Positions 48,826-59,206 of a DNA stretch of 64,000 nucleotides are shown here, piece after piece. Source of the stretch: an uncultured Candidatus Saccharibacteria bacterium. GTDB lineage: Bacteria > Patescibacteriota > Minisyncoccia > Phycocordibacterales > Phycocordibacteraceae. Position numbers and translations under genes: made by a program. The stretch spans positions 97 through 64,096 of the forward strand of contig CAYHXV010000002.1 in NCBI GenBank assembly GCA_964360855.1, written 5' to 3'. Numbering within the stretch: position 1 is the first letter of the stretch; each line of letters opens with the position of its first letter. The notes beneath the pieces were generated by a model. That model was not told where the DNA came from. It did not search any database and saw only the letters and a list, made by a program, of their open reading frames with translations.

Positions 48826-48879
48826 GGGCTAATCGTACCGTGGCCTTGGAGCTCGGGCAATGGTGCTAAAATTAAGCCT

Positions 48880-49266
48880 ATGGAACATGAAGAATTGAGT
48901 GAGGAAGAGATTCGGGCGAGACTGAGCCCCGAGGAATATCGGGTCTTGCGTCAGGCGGGTACCGAGGCACCCTTTTCGGGTGAGTATGTAGACAACCACG
49001 ATACCGGCATGTACCACTGCCGCGCGTGTGGAGTGGCACTCTTCTCTTCAGACAAGAAGTTTGATTCAGGGAGCGGTTGGCCTTCCTTCACCGACCCAGC
49101 AGTAGCAGAGAATGTAGGCACTCGCCTTGAAGCAGACGGCAGAACCGAAGTGTACTGCAAGAACTGCAATAGCCACCTGGGTCATGTGTTCAATGATGGG
49201 CCCAAGGAAGCGGGAGGAAAGCGATATTGTATCAATTCGGTGAGTCTTGCGTTTGAACAAGAATAG
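48880..49266 (+). CDS. msrB: Peptide-methionine (R)-S-oxide reductase
   Basis: GTE.PF, KFDSGSGWPSF, HLGHVF.DGP, RYCINS. Confidence 0.98.
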   Translation: MEHEELSEEEIRARLSPEEYRVLRQAGTEAPFSGEYVDNHDTGMYHCRACGVALFSSDKKFDSGSGWPSFTDPAVAENVGTRLEADGRTEVYCKNCNSHLGHVFNDGPKEAGGKRYCINSVSLAFEQE

Positions 49267-49285
49267 AAGCCCTCGAGTCGTATTC

Positions 49286-49726
49286 CTATTCGGCTCCTTC
49301 AATCTTATGCTGGTACTTCTTCAGCCAAGCGGGGAATTGTGAGTGAAGCGGTGTCGGAAGATCGTCAAGGCGAAACCAACCCACTTCATCAAATTTGTGG
49401 GGCTCGGCATTATATGCTTTCTCACGATCAATCTGCACCAGAAAATCTAGCCCTACCCAGTGAGTTGGTTTCCCTGCCTGTTCTCGAAAAATGTCACTGT
49501 ATCCCATAAACTCGTGCGAAATAATCTCGGTGCCATATTCTTCACGTATTTCTTTGCGCAGAGTGTCTTCAACACTATCCCTAAAGTCTACGCCTCCTCC
49601 TCCTGAGTCCCAGCAGCCATGCTCGTCGCGGCAGCGTACACTTCGCTTGGCGAAGAAATACTCTCCATTCCCGTCGTGACACAGGAACGAAACGGTGACC
49701 CCTGGATAGTCTTCTCCCTTTTTCAT
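49286..49726 (-). CDS. NUDIX hydrolase
   Basis: GGG....+EIREE Nudix-like box; N.EP.K. Confidence 0.88.
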   Translation of the reverse strand: MKKGEDYPGVTVSFLCHDGNGEYFFAKRSVRCRDEHGCWDSGGGGVDFRDSVEDTLRKEIREEYGTEIISHEFMGYSDIFREQAGKPTHWVGLDFLVQIDREKAYNAEPHKFDEVGWFRLDDLPTPLHSQFPAWLKKYQHKIEGAE

Positions 49727-50190
49727 ATATGACACACCGCGTTCGGGTGCTTTTCAAAATACCGCTGATGATATTCTTCGGCCCTATAAAATTCTGTGGC
49801 TTCGATGACTTCGGTGACAATTGTTTGTGGGTAGTAGTTTGGCGCAAGTTCCTTCACTATCTTTTCTGCAATCTCTCTTTGTCCTTGGTTGAGATAAAAA
49901 ATTCCTGATCGATACTGACTACCCACATCAGGGCCCTGACGATTCAATTCAGTCGGATTATGAATGGTGAAGAACTTCCGCACCAGTGCTTCATATGAGA
50001 TCTGCTCTGAATCAAAGGTTACCCGTACTGCTTCTGCATGCCCAGTTGTGCCCGTACACACGTTTTCATACGTTGGGTTTTCTTGAGTTCCACCTAGGTA
50101 TCCACTTTCAGCATCCACTACTCCCGGCACATCGAGAAATGCTTTCTCGATTCCCCAGAAGCACCCCGCGGCAAATATGGCCTGTTCCAT
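49723..50190 (-). CDS. msrA: Peptide-methionine (S)-S-oxide reductase
   Basis: GCFWG, GTTGHAE, QG.D.G.QYRS, AEEYHQ.Y. Confidence 0.98.
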   Translation of the reverse strand: MEQAIFAAGCFWGIEKAFLDVPGVVDAESGYLGGTQENPTYENVCTGTTGHAEAVRVTFDSEQISYEALVRKFFTIHNPTELNRQGPDVGSQYRSGIFYLNQGQREIAEKIVKELAPNYYPQTIVTEVIEATEFYRAEEYHQRYFEKHPNAVCHI

Positions 50191-50308
50191 AGCACCAGTA
50201 TAGCAACCTTGTTGATGCGCGATGGGTTCTAGAGAATAGAGGGATTTGATCACTGACAGGACGAATACGAGTAGGCACCTACTCGCCTTATCCACTAGCT
50301 TCAATCGC

Positions 50309-50545
50309 ATGCCTATATTTCAGGCACTTGGGCTCGGGATACTGATACTCGTCCTTCAGTCACTCGCTCCCACAGTCCTTCACCAAACTGAATCTACCGT
50401 ACTTGCCTTCTTGCGTGGTGCTGAGCTTTCAGCAAACATGGCAACGTCTCTTGTTGCCTCTGTTGGCTCGATTGAACCTCCTCGATTGCCCTCGGCACTC
50501 CCGGATTTTCCGCTCCCGCAAGTATCTCAAGTTCGTAGTTTCTAG
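50309..50545 (+). CDS. Small hypothetical membrane or secreted protein
   Basis: Hydrophobic N-terminus MPIFQALGLGILILVL. Confidence 0.55.
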   Translation: MPIFQALGLGILILVLQSLAPTVLHQTESTVLAFLRGAELSANMATSLVASVGSIEPPRLPSALPDFPLPQVSQVRSF

Positions 50546-50612
50546 TTTCCCCTCACTCAGTCAGACACCCGTCTGGCTGTGTTTGTTTATACAAAAGGTA
50601 TACTGCTTCCAC

Positions 50613-51221
50613 ATGATCACCGACCTCTTTGGTATTCCTCTCACCGACCTCGTACAAACTGCGGGCTATCTCGGCATATTCGCTATTGTGCTTTCTGAGT
50701 CCGGACTCCCGTTTGGGTTTATCTTTCCGGGCGATACTCTCCTCTTTGTGGCAGGACTGCTCGCCTCACAAGGGGTATTTAACATCGCACTCCTCCTACT
50801 TCTTACCACCAGTGCCGCCATTATTGGCGACAGTATTGGGTACGCCACCGGAAAGTATGTGGGTCCCCGACTGTTTGCCGGGAAGCGGGGATTCTTTTTT
50901 AATGACCGAACCATACAAAAGACTGAGGCATTCTACGCACGCTATGGTGTCCGGGCACTTATTTTTGCACGGTTTGTGCCCACCGTGCGCACCTTCGTGC
51001 CCATCTTTGCGGGTGTGGGAAACATGAAATATCGCACCTTCCTGACATACAACATTGTGGGGGGTGTTCTGTGGGGTACAGGGGTGACCTACCTCGGATA
51101 TGCACTTGGAAATGTGTTCCCAAACCTTGAGCACTACCTCCTTCCTATTATTGTGGCCATCATCATTGCTTCCTCCACTCCCCTTCTCTACGAGGTGTGG
51201 CAGGCAAGAAAGAAGTCTTAG
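50613..51221 (+). CDS. dedA: DedA family (VTT domain) membrane protein
   Basis: E.G..FPGD.LL..AG, GD..GY..G, ARFVP.VRT. Confidence 0.95.
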   Translation: MITDLFGIPLTDLVQTAGYLGIFAIVLSESGLPFGFIFPGDTLLFVAGLLASQGVFNIALLLLLTTSAAIIGDSIGYATGKYVGPRLFAGKRGFFFNDRTIQKTEAFYARYGVRALIFARFVPTVRTFVPIFAGVGNMKYRTFLTYNIVGGVLWGTGVTYLGYALGNVFPNLEHYLLPIIVAIIIASSTPLLYEVWQARKKS

Positions 51222-51367
51222 AGCGCACTCTGGTTCTCTATTGCATTTATGAATGCGCGCTTCTCGTATTCAATACCGAGCCAGATACCAAGTAGGAACA
51301 CACCCACAAATAGCACTACTGCCACAAGTTGCGAGAACTGCGTCACCCGAGTCCATTCTGTTTTCAT
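51218..51367 (-). CDS. 49-aa single-TM protein (MKTEWTRVTQFSQLVAVVLFVGVFLLGIWLGIEYEKRAFINAIENQSAL)
   Basis: Translated by eye; TM helix; -10-like element just upstream. Confidence 0.6.
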   Translation of the reverse strand: MKTEWTRVTQFSQLVAVVLFVGVFLLGIWLGIEYEKRAFINAIENQSAL

Positions 51368-51430
51368 GTACTAAGCATACCAGAAAGAGCGACTCCTCGG
51401 AGCCGCTCTTTCTGAGAACACCTATCCTAC

Positions 51431-52138
51431 TTACTTCTTCAGTGCCTCATCTACCGCAGCTGCTACCGCTGCATAGGGCACCGCTCCAGAGAGAAGCTTG
51501 GTTCCCACAATCACACTTGGCGTGCCATTAATCCCAAAGGAAGCACCCTCAGCTCGAGATGCAGTAATACGCTTAGTGTACTCCGCCTTCTTGCTTTCCA
51601 TCAGTGACTTTACTTTAGCAATATCAATACCAGGAACTTTCTCTTTGGTTACCTTCTCGATAGAGGCGAGATCGCCAAAGCCCTGGTCCCCTTCATCGTC
51701 CTGAGCGTCCATAACTGCGGTCAACCAATCATGGAATAGATCAGGAGATGCGTCCCATACCGCATGCGCAAAGAGTGCCGCTGTTTGAGAGTCCTCTCCC
51801 AGGAACTGGAAGTCCTTGAAGACAATCTTCAACTTCCCTGCCTTCACATAATCCTCTATGAGCTTCGGTGTGATGGTCTGTTCAAACTGTTTGCAGAATG
51901 GGCACTGGTAATCAAACCAAACCACTAGTGTTGCCGGAGCAGTTGGACTTCCAATGAATGGTTCACCATCCGTGGTGACGTCCTTCACGTCTACACTCAC
52001 CGCAGGCTGTGCACCGTCATTCTTTGGTGCGCCGCCCTGCCCAAACATAAACGCAAGCGCAATAATTCCCGCCCCCACTATCACCGCAATGGGGGTGAGA
52101 TACTTTTCAATAAATCCTCCGGATGTTGTCTGTTCCAT
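51431..52138 (-). CDS. DsbA family thiol-disulfide oxidoreductase
   Basis: TM anchor, DYQCPFC, GINGTP. Confidence 0.93.
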   Translation of the reverse strand: MEQTTSGGFIEKYLTPIAVIVGAGIIALAFMFGQGGAPKNDGAQPAVSVDVKDVTTDGEPFIGSPTAPATLVVWFDYQCPFCKQFEQTITPKLIEDYVKAGKLKIVFKDFQFLGEDSQTAALFAHAVWDASPDLFHDWLTAVMDAQDDEGDQGFGDLASIEKVTKEKVPGIDIAKVKSLMESKKAEYTKRITASRAEGASFGINGTPSVIVGTKLLSGAVPYAAVAAAVDEALKK

Positions 52139-52235
52139 AACGAGTTAGATGCCCTTTAGTTACAATAATCCCCAGTATAGCAGAAAGCCCGAAGCTGCAA
52201 GCTCCGGGCTTTCTGGGTTCTATGTACTCACTGTT

Positions 52236-53636
52236 TTAGGCACCAATAAAGGTAAGGGCCTTTCCAGCTTCTCCGGCGCGGCCGGTACGGCCGATACGGT
52301 GCGTATAGTCTTCGTAGCTTGCCGGGAGATCGTAGTTAATCACGTGGGAGACTCCTGAGATGTCGAGTCCGCGTGCGGCTACGTCGGTTGCAACAAGCAC
52401 ATTCACCTCGCCACGCTTGAACGCGCCCAGTGCCTTTTGTCGAGCACCGTGCGTCTTGTCTCCGTGAATGCTCTCGGCACGAATGCCGCCAGCACGTAGG
52501 TCCTTAGTGAGACGCTCCACGCCGTGTTTAGTTCGTCCGAAGACGAGTACGCGCTTCGCCGCTTCGTCCCTAAGAATCTCAGAAAGCTTCTCAAACTTTT
52601 CAGAAGCATGTGCACGAATAACATCCTGGTCAATGGTGTGCGAGGTCTCACGAGTCTTAACCGTTACGCGCACAGGCTTCGTCAGGAAGTCTCCAATCAG
52701 GCGTTCAATGTCTCGAGACATAGTTGCGGAGAAGAAAAGCGTGTGACGCTTGGCACGCATCTTGCTCATGATGAAACGCATATCATCAATGAATCCCATG
52801 TCGAGCATGCGATCTGCCTCGTCCAGTACAAGGGTACCGAAGTGGGTCAGATCAAGCTCCCTGCGCTCCATAAGGTCCTTCAGACGTCCTGGCGTACCAA
52901 TAACGAAAGCCGGGTTACGGCGAAGCACACGAACCTGAGGGCTAATGTTTGCTCCTCCTACGCAGGTGACGGACGCAAGGCCAAGCCCCTTGGCAAAGCC
53001 CCAGAATTCCTCTTCAATCTGAATAGCGAGTTCGCGCGTTGGCACCATGATAAGTACGCGCTCTGGTTGATTGAGTGCGCGGAACTTGAGTACCTTATCT
53101 ATGAGGGGAATAAGAAAAGCTGCTGTCTTTCCAGTTCCGGTATTAGCCAAACCTACAATGTCTTCCCCCTTAAGTACGTGAGGGATGGACTGGTCCTGAA
53201 TTGGGGTTGGGAGGGTGTATCCCTTCTTGGCAATGTTCTCCTTGAGACGCTCATCGATAGCAAAGCCCGCAAATGCGTGCTCGGGCACATATGCTTCTAC
53301 GTGCTCAGGAGCGGTTGCCTTATTGATAAGCTTTGAGATATCCACATCCATTTCCTGATAGTTGCGCTTGCCGCGAGAGGGGGTGCTGGTACGCTGAGAG
53401 CTACCACGACTTCCCCCACCGCGAGAGTCGCGGCGCGGTCCGTTACTGAATGAGGATCGGCTACGACGCTGCTCTACCGGAGCGGTAGCAGGACGCTTAA
53501 AACCACCCTCAAGGGCGAAGCGCATACCGGCTTCGTATGCAGAACTGTTTTGCGGAGCGCGTCCACGAGAACTTCCTCCACGGAAGCTACCGGCGCGGCT
53601 TGGGCCTCGCGAGCGCGAATTATTTGGTTGATTCAT
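52236..53636 (-). CDS. DEAD-box RNA helicase
   Basis: PTPIQ, TGTGKT, PTRELA, TPGRL, DEAD, SAT, ARGLD, HRIGRTGR. Confidence 0.98.
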   Translation of the reverse strand: MNQPNNSRSRGPSRAGSFRGGSSRGRAPQNSSAYEAGMRFALEGGFKRPATAPVEQRRSRSSFSNGPRRDSRGGGSRGSSQRTSTPSRGKRNYQEMDVDISKLINKATAPEHVEAYVPEHAFAGFAIDERLKENIAKKGYTLPTPIQDQSIPHVLKGEDIVGLANTGTGKTAAFLIPLIDKVLKFRALNQPERVLIMVPTRELAIQIEEEFWGFAKGLGLASVTCVGGANISPQVRVLRRNPAFVIGTPGRLKDLMERRELDLTHFGTLVLDEADRMLDMGFIDDMRFIMSKMRAKRHTLFFSATMSRDIERLIGDFLTKPVRVTVKTRETSHTIDQDVIRAHASEKFEKLSEILRDEAAKRVLVFGRTKHGVERLTKDLRAGGIRAESIHGDKTHGARQKALGAFKRGEVNVLVATDVAARGLDISGVSHVINYDLPASYEDYTHRIGRTGRAGEAGKALTFIGA

Positions 53637-53806
53637 TATGGTGATTCTTTGCGGAGGCGCGCCTTACGCGCTACTTCCTTGGTTTGTATGACCAGTGCGC
53701 ATAGGCGCTTGGCTGCAACGTCTCGAGTCTCTCAGCAGTAGCTGGTCTCGAGGCTAGCAAAAGCGGCTCAAGACGGAAAACGTAAGGAGAAACGTTGTAT
53801 AAATCC

Positions 53807-53835
53807 ATTATAGCTCCCTTTGGCTAAAATAGCAA
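53807..53835 (-). promoter_or_regulatory. sigma70 promoter TTGCTA-N17-TATAAT for the DEAD-box helicase
   Basis: Direct sequence match; implies a 5' leader of about 165 nt. Confidence 0.65.
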
Positions 53836-53862
53836 GAAGCCGCCATGCGGCGGCCTATTTGC

Positions 53863-55647
53863 TTAACGACGAGCCTTCGCGCGCTCTGAATCGGTCAGAA
53901 ACTGCTTACGCAAGCGAACGCTCTTAGGGGTGATTTCGAGATAATCGTCCTCGGTCATCACTTCGAGCCCACGCTCAATGGTAAGAATGAATGGGGGCAC
54001 AAGGTTGATAGCCTCGTCCATTCCTGAAGAGCGCACGTTTGACTGGTTCTTACCCTTGGTTGGGTTTGCCTGCATCTCCTCACCCTTACTCGTGTTTCCG
54101 ATAACCATACCCTCATACACTTCGGTAGCCGGAGTAATGTACAACACACCGCGCTCCTGAAGTCCCCAGAGTGCATAGCCAAGAGCCTTCCCCGTGGCCA
54201 TAGAAATCATAGAACCTACTTGGCGTTTCTTGATCTCTCCGGCGTATGGCTTGAATCCAAGAACGCGAGACGAGAGAATTCCCTCTCCCTTGGTGTCCAC
54301 CACAAACTGTCCACGGTATCCGAGGAGTCCACGCGTTGGGCCCTCAAAGGTGAGGCGAACGGCGTTCTCATTTTGGGTGAGGTTCTGCAAGACAAAACTT
54401 CGAAGTCCAAGGCGCTCAATAATAGAACCCTGATACTCGCTTGGGGTATCGATAATGACCTCCTCAAACGGTTCACTCTTCACCCCGTCTATCTCACGAA
54501 TAATTACCTGAGGCTGAGAGACCTGCATTTCATAGTCCGCGCGCCGCATGTTCTCAAGGAGAATAGCGAGGTGCAGCTCACCGCGGCCTGATACCTTAAA
54601 GGCGTCCGGAGATACGAAGTCCACTTTCAGTCCGACGTTAACTTCAAGCTCGCGCTCGAGATATTCGCGTAGCTGACGACTGGTTACGTACTTCCCTTCT
54701 TTCCCTGCAAACGGAGAGTTGTTCACCAGGAAATTGACCGTGATAGTTGGCTCGTCAATGGCAATAGCCGGCATTGGTTCGGTTGCCTCGTCGGTGGTAA
54801 TAGTCTCTCCAATGTAGGCGTCACTAATCCCCGCCACAATTACAATGTCTCCTGCTACCGCCTCAGGCACGTCCACTCGCTCGAGACCCTTAAAGGTGAA
54901 TAGTTTGGTTATTTTCGCCGAACGACTTTCACCGTCTGGCTTCTTTACCAATACGGTCTGTCCTGCTTTTACTACTCCTTCGTACACACGACCAATAGCC
55001 AAACGACCAAGGAAGTTGTCGTACGCCAAGTTAAATGTCTGAAGCTTGAGTGGCTTATCAGCACTTTCCTGACTAGAAGTAGGAGCAACCTTCTCCAAAA
55101 TTACATCAAGAAGTGGTGAGAGATCCTTGCGCTCATCGTCGAGCTTGCGCATAGCCACCCCTTCGCGACCAATGGCATACACGGTGGTAAAGTCGGACTG
55201 TTCATCACTTGCACCAAGTTCAAGGAAAAGCTCGAGCACCTGTTCCTCTGCCCAATCGGCGTTAGCTGCAGGCTTGTCTATTTTGTTCAATACCACGATA
55301 GGCTTAAGGCCGAGCTCGAGAGACTTCTTCAATACGAAACGAGTCTGGGGCATTGGTCCTTCCTGTGCGTCCACAATGAGGAGCACGGAGTCGATGGAGC
55401 GCAATACGCGCTCCACTTCAGAACCAAAGTCGGAGTGGCCAGGAGTGTCCACGATGTTAATCTTCGTTCCTTTGTACTCAATGGAGGTGTTCTTGGAGTA
55501 GATGGTAATACCGCGCTCGTGCTCAATGGTGTTTGAGTCCATAGACACACCCTCAGCAGCAGCTCCCGTCTGCTTCATGATGGCGTCTGTGAGCGTGGTC
55601 TTGCCGTGGTCCACGTGAGCGATGATGGCGATGTTGCGTATTTCCAT
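53863..55647 (-). CDS. typA: GTPase TypA/BipA
   Basis: IRNIAIIAHVDHGKTTL, GPMPQTRFV, GRGELHL, RGLLG, EITP..VRLRK. Confidence 0.98.
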   Translation of the reverse strand: MEIRNIAIIAHVDHGKTTLTDAIMKQTGAAAEGVSMDSNTIEHERGITIYSKNTSIEYKGTKINIVDTPGHSDFGSEVERVLRSIDSVLLIVDAQEGPMPQTRFVLKKSLELGLKPIVVLNKIDKPAANADWAEEQVLELFLELGASDEQSDFTTVYAIGREGVAMRKLDDERKDLSPLLDVILEKVAPTSSQESADKPLKLQTFNLAYDNFLGRLAIGRVYEGVVKAGQTVLVKKPDGESRSAKITKLFTFKGLERVDVPEAVAGDIVIVAGISDAYIGETITTDEATEPMPAIAIDEPTITVNFLVNNSPFAGKEGKYVTSRQLREYLERELEVNVGLKVDFVSPDAFKVSGRGELHLAILLENMRRADYEMQVSQPQVIIREIDGVKSEPFEEVIIDTPSEYQGSIIERLGLRSFVLQNLTQNENAVRLTFEGPTRGLLGYRGQFVVDTKGEGILSSRVLGFKPYAGEIKKRQVGSMISMATGKALGYALWGLQERGVLYITPATEVYEGMVIGNTSKGEEMQANPTKGKNQSNVRSSGMDEAINLVPPFILTIERGLEVMTEDDYLEITPKSVRLRKQFLTDSERAKARR

Positions 55648-55721
55648 AATAGATAAAATAAAAATGCCCCTCGGGCGATTGACTTCAATATACCGTTATA
55701 TGGGTGGGGCGTCAATCTGCG

Positions 55722-56746
55722 CTATTTCAAATACTTCCGCACATTCTTCAACTGCCCTGCGTACGTTGGTGAGCAGTGGATGTCCCCCTCGTTATCATGC
55801 AAATAATAGACACAGTTAGTCTTTGCTGGATGGAGTGCTGCTTCAATGGACTCTAGGGACGGGTTGGCAATAGGATGTGGGGGTAATCCACGATACTTAT
55901 ACGTATTAAAGAGTGAGTCGAGTTTCTTATCCGCAGCAGTTGGCACCGGCCACCAGTTCCCTTTTCTCCCTTGAATGTATTGGAGGGTTGCATCAACCTG
56001 GAGTCCCATATTGTCCTCTATGCGATTCCACAAAATACCCGCGACAAGATGCTTATCATCTTCGGCTGCTTCGCGCTCTATGAGAGACGCCATGGTGAGG
56101 ACATCTTGCCAGGCAATGCCGCGTTGTAAGGCCTCAGTTGCATACGGCGCAAAGACTTCTTGGAATCTGCCCCGCAGTCTTCCCGCAACATAGGACGGTG
56201 TCTGATCGGTTGGAATAAGATACGTGTCTCCATAGTACACACCCTCGATAAAGTCAGGAGAGGGTGCGGTATCAATATTTATCCAATGAATTCGTTCCTC
56301 CTCACTCCAGCCAAGCTTCTTCACCAGCAGATCTGCTATCTGTTCCTTGCGCCAGCCACTCGGGATGGTTACCCAGGCAAGATAGGGGGCAGAAGTAAGG
56401 GTCTTTGCAATGGTGAGGTGTCCATGCTCGCCGAGAGTTCGTACCCTCCCTCTTGAATTCCCCGTCCTGAATCGTGTATACGGTACGCGATGGAGAATGC
56501 CGTGCTGCTCTTCACAAACCCTGCCTGACGCAATTCTCTGGTGATTTCAAAAACACTCGCGTCTGGCTTCACAATAAACTCACGGGCTTCTGCATGTGGA
56601 TCTGCTGGACCAAAGAACTGTGCATATAAAAGCAAACTTCCTACGATGAGCACCACTACTCCTGCTCCCGCAAGGATAAGAGGGCGGCGCCAGCCACCCG
56701 ACGGACGAAACGTTCGTACCTTTTCAAGAAACAATTCAAACTGCAT
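55722..56746 (-). pseudogene. mltG: Endolytic transglycosylase MltG split by a 1-nt frameshift near 56418
   Basis: N-part TM and G.Y.L; C-part ASLIERE, LQVDAT, NTYKY.GLPP.PIANP; frames join if one C is added at ACC(C)TC. Confidence 0.85.
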
Positions 56747-56771
56747 GTTGTTCTATTCTACGACACCACCG

Positions 56772-58439
56772 CTACTTCTCCCCAAGGATAACAAGCCGGG
56801 CAAGTTTCAGTTCGTCATACGAATACTTTCCTTTTAGTTTTCCAAAGGCGGGAGCCAGTTTTAACTCTCCTTTAGTACCAAAGGCAGCGGCAATTTTTGG
56901 CAGTGCCGTGCGCAGACTTTCGGGAAGAAGGGCTTCTATCTCTTCGGATGTGAGCACACCTCCCTCACGAAGTTTCTCGAGGTGATCACAAATAGTACCA
57001 AAGGTCAGTTTGCGCACCTTCACTATCTCCTCAATACTTTTTCCTTCTTTCACCAAGGCAAGCGTCTCCTCGTAGGTGGATTTTTTTGGAGAACGAACCG
57101 CACCTTCGGCAGTGGCCTCAAGTGTTCCTCCCGATGCTCGAATAAATCGCTCTTGCATTTGCGTTAGCTCCCCCTCAGCATCAAGTGCCTCAAATGCGCG
57201 CCTGGCAGCTTCAGACTGTTCTTTGAACGAGCGATCAATGGAAAGTACCTCGGGATGTACCTGCATGGCGCTCTCGCTCCATCCAAGAAGTTGGAGCCCG
57301 TCGAGGGTGCGGACTCGAGAAAGTGCTACATACCCCTGGCCGTATTCAAATGCACGCGATAAATCTATGGCGGCAGCGTCCATACTCATTCCCTGACTCT
57401 TGTGCACGGTGATTGCCCAGGCAAGGCGCAGTGGTATCTGAGCGAGGCTTGCGCGCACCTTGCCATTCTCTTCCACCGCCCAGTCCACGGGCGCCACCAC
57501 AATCTCGCGCCCGTCCCGTGTTTCGATAATAGGATTCCCCGTACCCATCTCGTATCCAATCACGCAGCCGAGTGTTCCGTTTACGTATCCCACTGCCGGA
57601 TTATTCTTGGTGCACATAACAATAGCTCCTTCCTTCAGACTAAGAGTCTCCGGAGACAGGCAGCCACGCTTCAGGGCTTCGGTTAATACTGCAGGTCCGG
57701 TGGTGTTCATAGAAAATACATGGGCTCGCGCAGAGAGCGAAGCTAGTTTCTCATCGTTAATGCGATCCACGTCAGCGTTGTGCGTGAAAAGCCGGGGAGT
57801 ATCAATCTCCACCGTATCCATCTCGGCTTCTCTTGAGGTAATAACAGACACATGGGTGTGGTCCCACTCACCACTTCGAATGGCGGCCAGTACGTTCAGG
57901 AATACTGAATCCTCCTGGCGATGTTGTTCGGTTAGATAGCAGACGAGTGGATTGAGTTTCTTCCAGGCGGGAGATTGAAACGCAAACGACGTTTCGCCAC
58001 GCGACACCGGCGGCAACTGAAAGAAGTCCCCCACCAATACTGTCTGGATACCTCCCATAGGGAGTTCACTGTGTCGTACCTCACGTAGTACCGCATCGAC
58101 CATTTCAAGCACACCGCCCGAGAGCATAGATACTTCGTCTATGATAAGCACTTTTGCCTTCTGCAAACGCTTAGCCACATGCTCTTTGGAGCTAATGACA
58201 TCAAGAAGCTCGGGGGTCATACGCTCGGCAATACCAATGCCACTCCAGGAGTGGATGGTCATACCACCCACGTGAGTAGCCGCAATACCGGTGCTTGCGG
58301 TAATAGCCGGCTCAATAGCGTGACTGCGCAGCCAGCTCACATACGCATTCACCGTATGCGTCTTTCCGCTTCCTGGTTCACCCGTAAGAAATACGTTCGC
58401 ACCGGTTTGCAGTATGGTGAGTGCTTCGGACTGGGTCAT
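56772..58439 (-). CDS. PIF1-family helicase with C-terminal helix-turn-helix domain
   Basis: GEPGSGKT, ASTGIAA, DEVSM, GDFFQLPP, AWAITVHKSQG, YVALSR. Confidence 0.93.
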   Translation of the reverse strand: MTQSEALTILQTGANVFLTGEPGSGKTHTVNAYVSWLRSHAIEPAITASTGIAATHVGGMTIHSWSGIGIAERMTPELLDVISSKEHVAKRLQKAKVLIIDEVSMLSGGVLEMVDAVLREVRHSELPMGGIQTVLVGDFFQLPPVSRGETSFAFQSPAWKKLNPLVCYLTEQHRQEDSVFLNVLAAIRSGEWDHTHVSVITSREAEMDTVEIDTPRLFTHNADVDRINDEKLASLSARAHVFSMNTTGPAVLTEALKRGCLSPETLSLKEGAIVMCTKNNPAVGYVNGTLGCVIGYEMGTGNPIIETRDGREIVVAPVDWAVEENGKVRASLAQIPLRLAWAITVHKSQGMSMDAAAIDLSRAFEYGQGYVALSRVRTLDGLQLLGWSESAMQVHPEVLSIDRSFKEQSEAARRAFEALDAEGELTQMQERFIRASGGTLEATAEGAVRSPKKSTYEETLALVKEGKSIEEIVKVRKLTFGTICDHLEKLREGGVLTSEEIEALLPESLRTALPKIAAAFGTKGELKLAPAFGKLKGKYSYDELKLARLVILGEK

Positions 58440-59200
58440 GAAAGAGAGAACTCTAGATAGAGAGGCGCGTGATCCGATACTTCGTCAGGGAGAACTTTAA
58501 AGTCTTCAACGGTGACTTCGTCGCTCACGAATGCGTAGTCGGCAAACTGTTCACTACTTTTCGTATAAAGAGTAGTGCGGGTGGACGTAATACCGAACTC
58601 GGAAATAAGATTACGCATACCTGCCGCTTCAAGTTTTCTAACACTTTCAGTGTCCGGACGAAGATTAAAATCTCCTACCAACACAACCGGTACCTCAAGG
58701 CTCGTAACAAATTGAACAATATTATCCGACTGTGCGAGTCGATCCTCTGAGTCCCCCTTACCCTGGCCATTCCACAGTCCATGTACTTGTGCGATGACAC
58801 ACTCGTGGTCTGCAGTACCTATGCGAATATACTGCAGATTCCGAGCGTGGTTTCCATTCTCATCAGGATCAATGAACCCACGTTCTCGATATACAAAGAG
58901 TTCTCCCTCCTCTAAAACCTTTATGTCCTTATGCACAAACAATGCTAAGCCGTAGTAGTCATTAAAATGTGGTCTGAAATAATGCACGTGATTCGGGAGT
59001 GTTTTCTGAATATTGTTTAAGAGGTCCAAGTCTATTCCGACTAATTCTGATGAGCCGGCAATCTTTCCTACCATTTCTTCTCCTCCACACCATATTTCTT
59101 GTAAACAAAAAACATCTACGTCCTGTTGTTCTCTAAAGAAAGCCAATAGTTCCTCACGACCTGCCTTACCGCCCCACGTATTAAGGGAAATGACTTTCAT
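58436..59200 (-). CDS. Endonuclease/exonuclease/phosphatase family protein
   Basis: SLN, LQE, GDFN, DY, SDH motifs. Confidence 0.93.
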   Translation of the reverse strand: MKVISLNTWGGKAGREELLAFFREQQDVDVFCLQEIWCGGEEMVGKIAGSSELVGIDLDLLNNIQKTLPNHVHYFRPHFNDYYGLALFVHKDIKVLEEGELFVYRERGFIDPDENGNHARNLQYIRIGTADHECVIAQVHGLWNGQGKGDSEDRLAQSDNIVQFVTSLEVPVVLVGDFNLRPDTESVRKLEAAGMRNLISEFGITSTRTTLYTKSSEQFADYAFVSDEVTVEDFKVLPDEVSDHAPLYLEFSLS

Positions 59201-59206
59201 TGTGCT

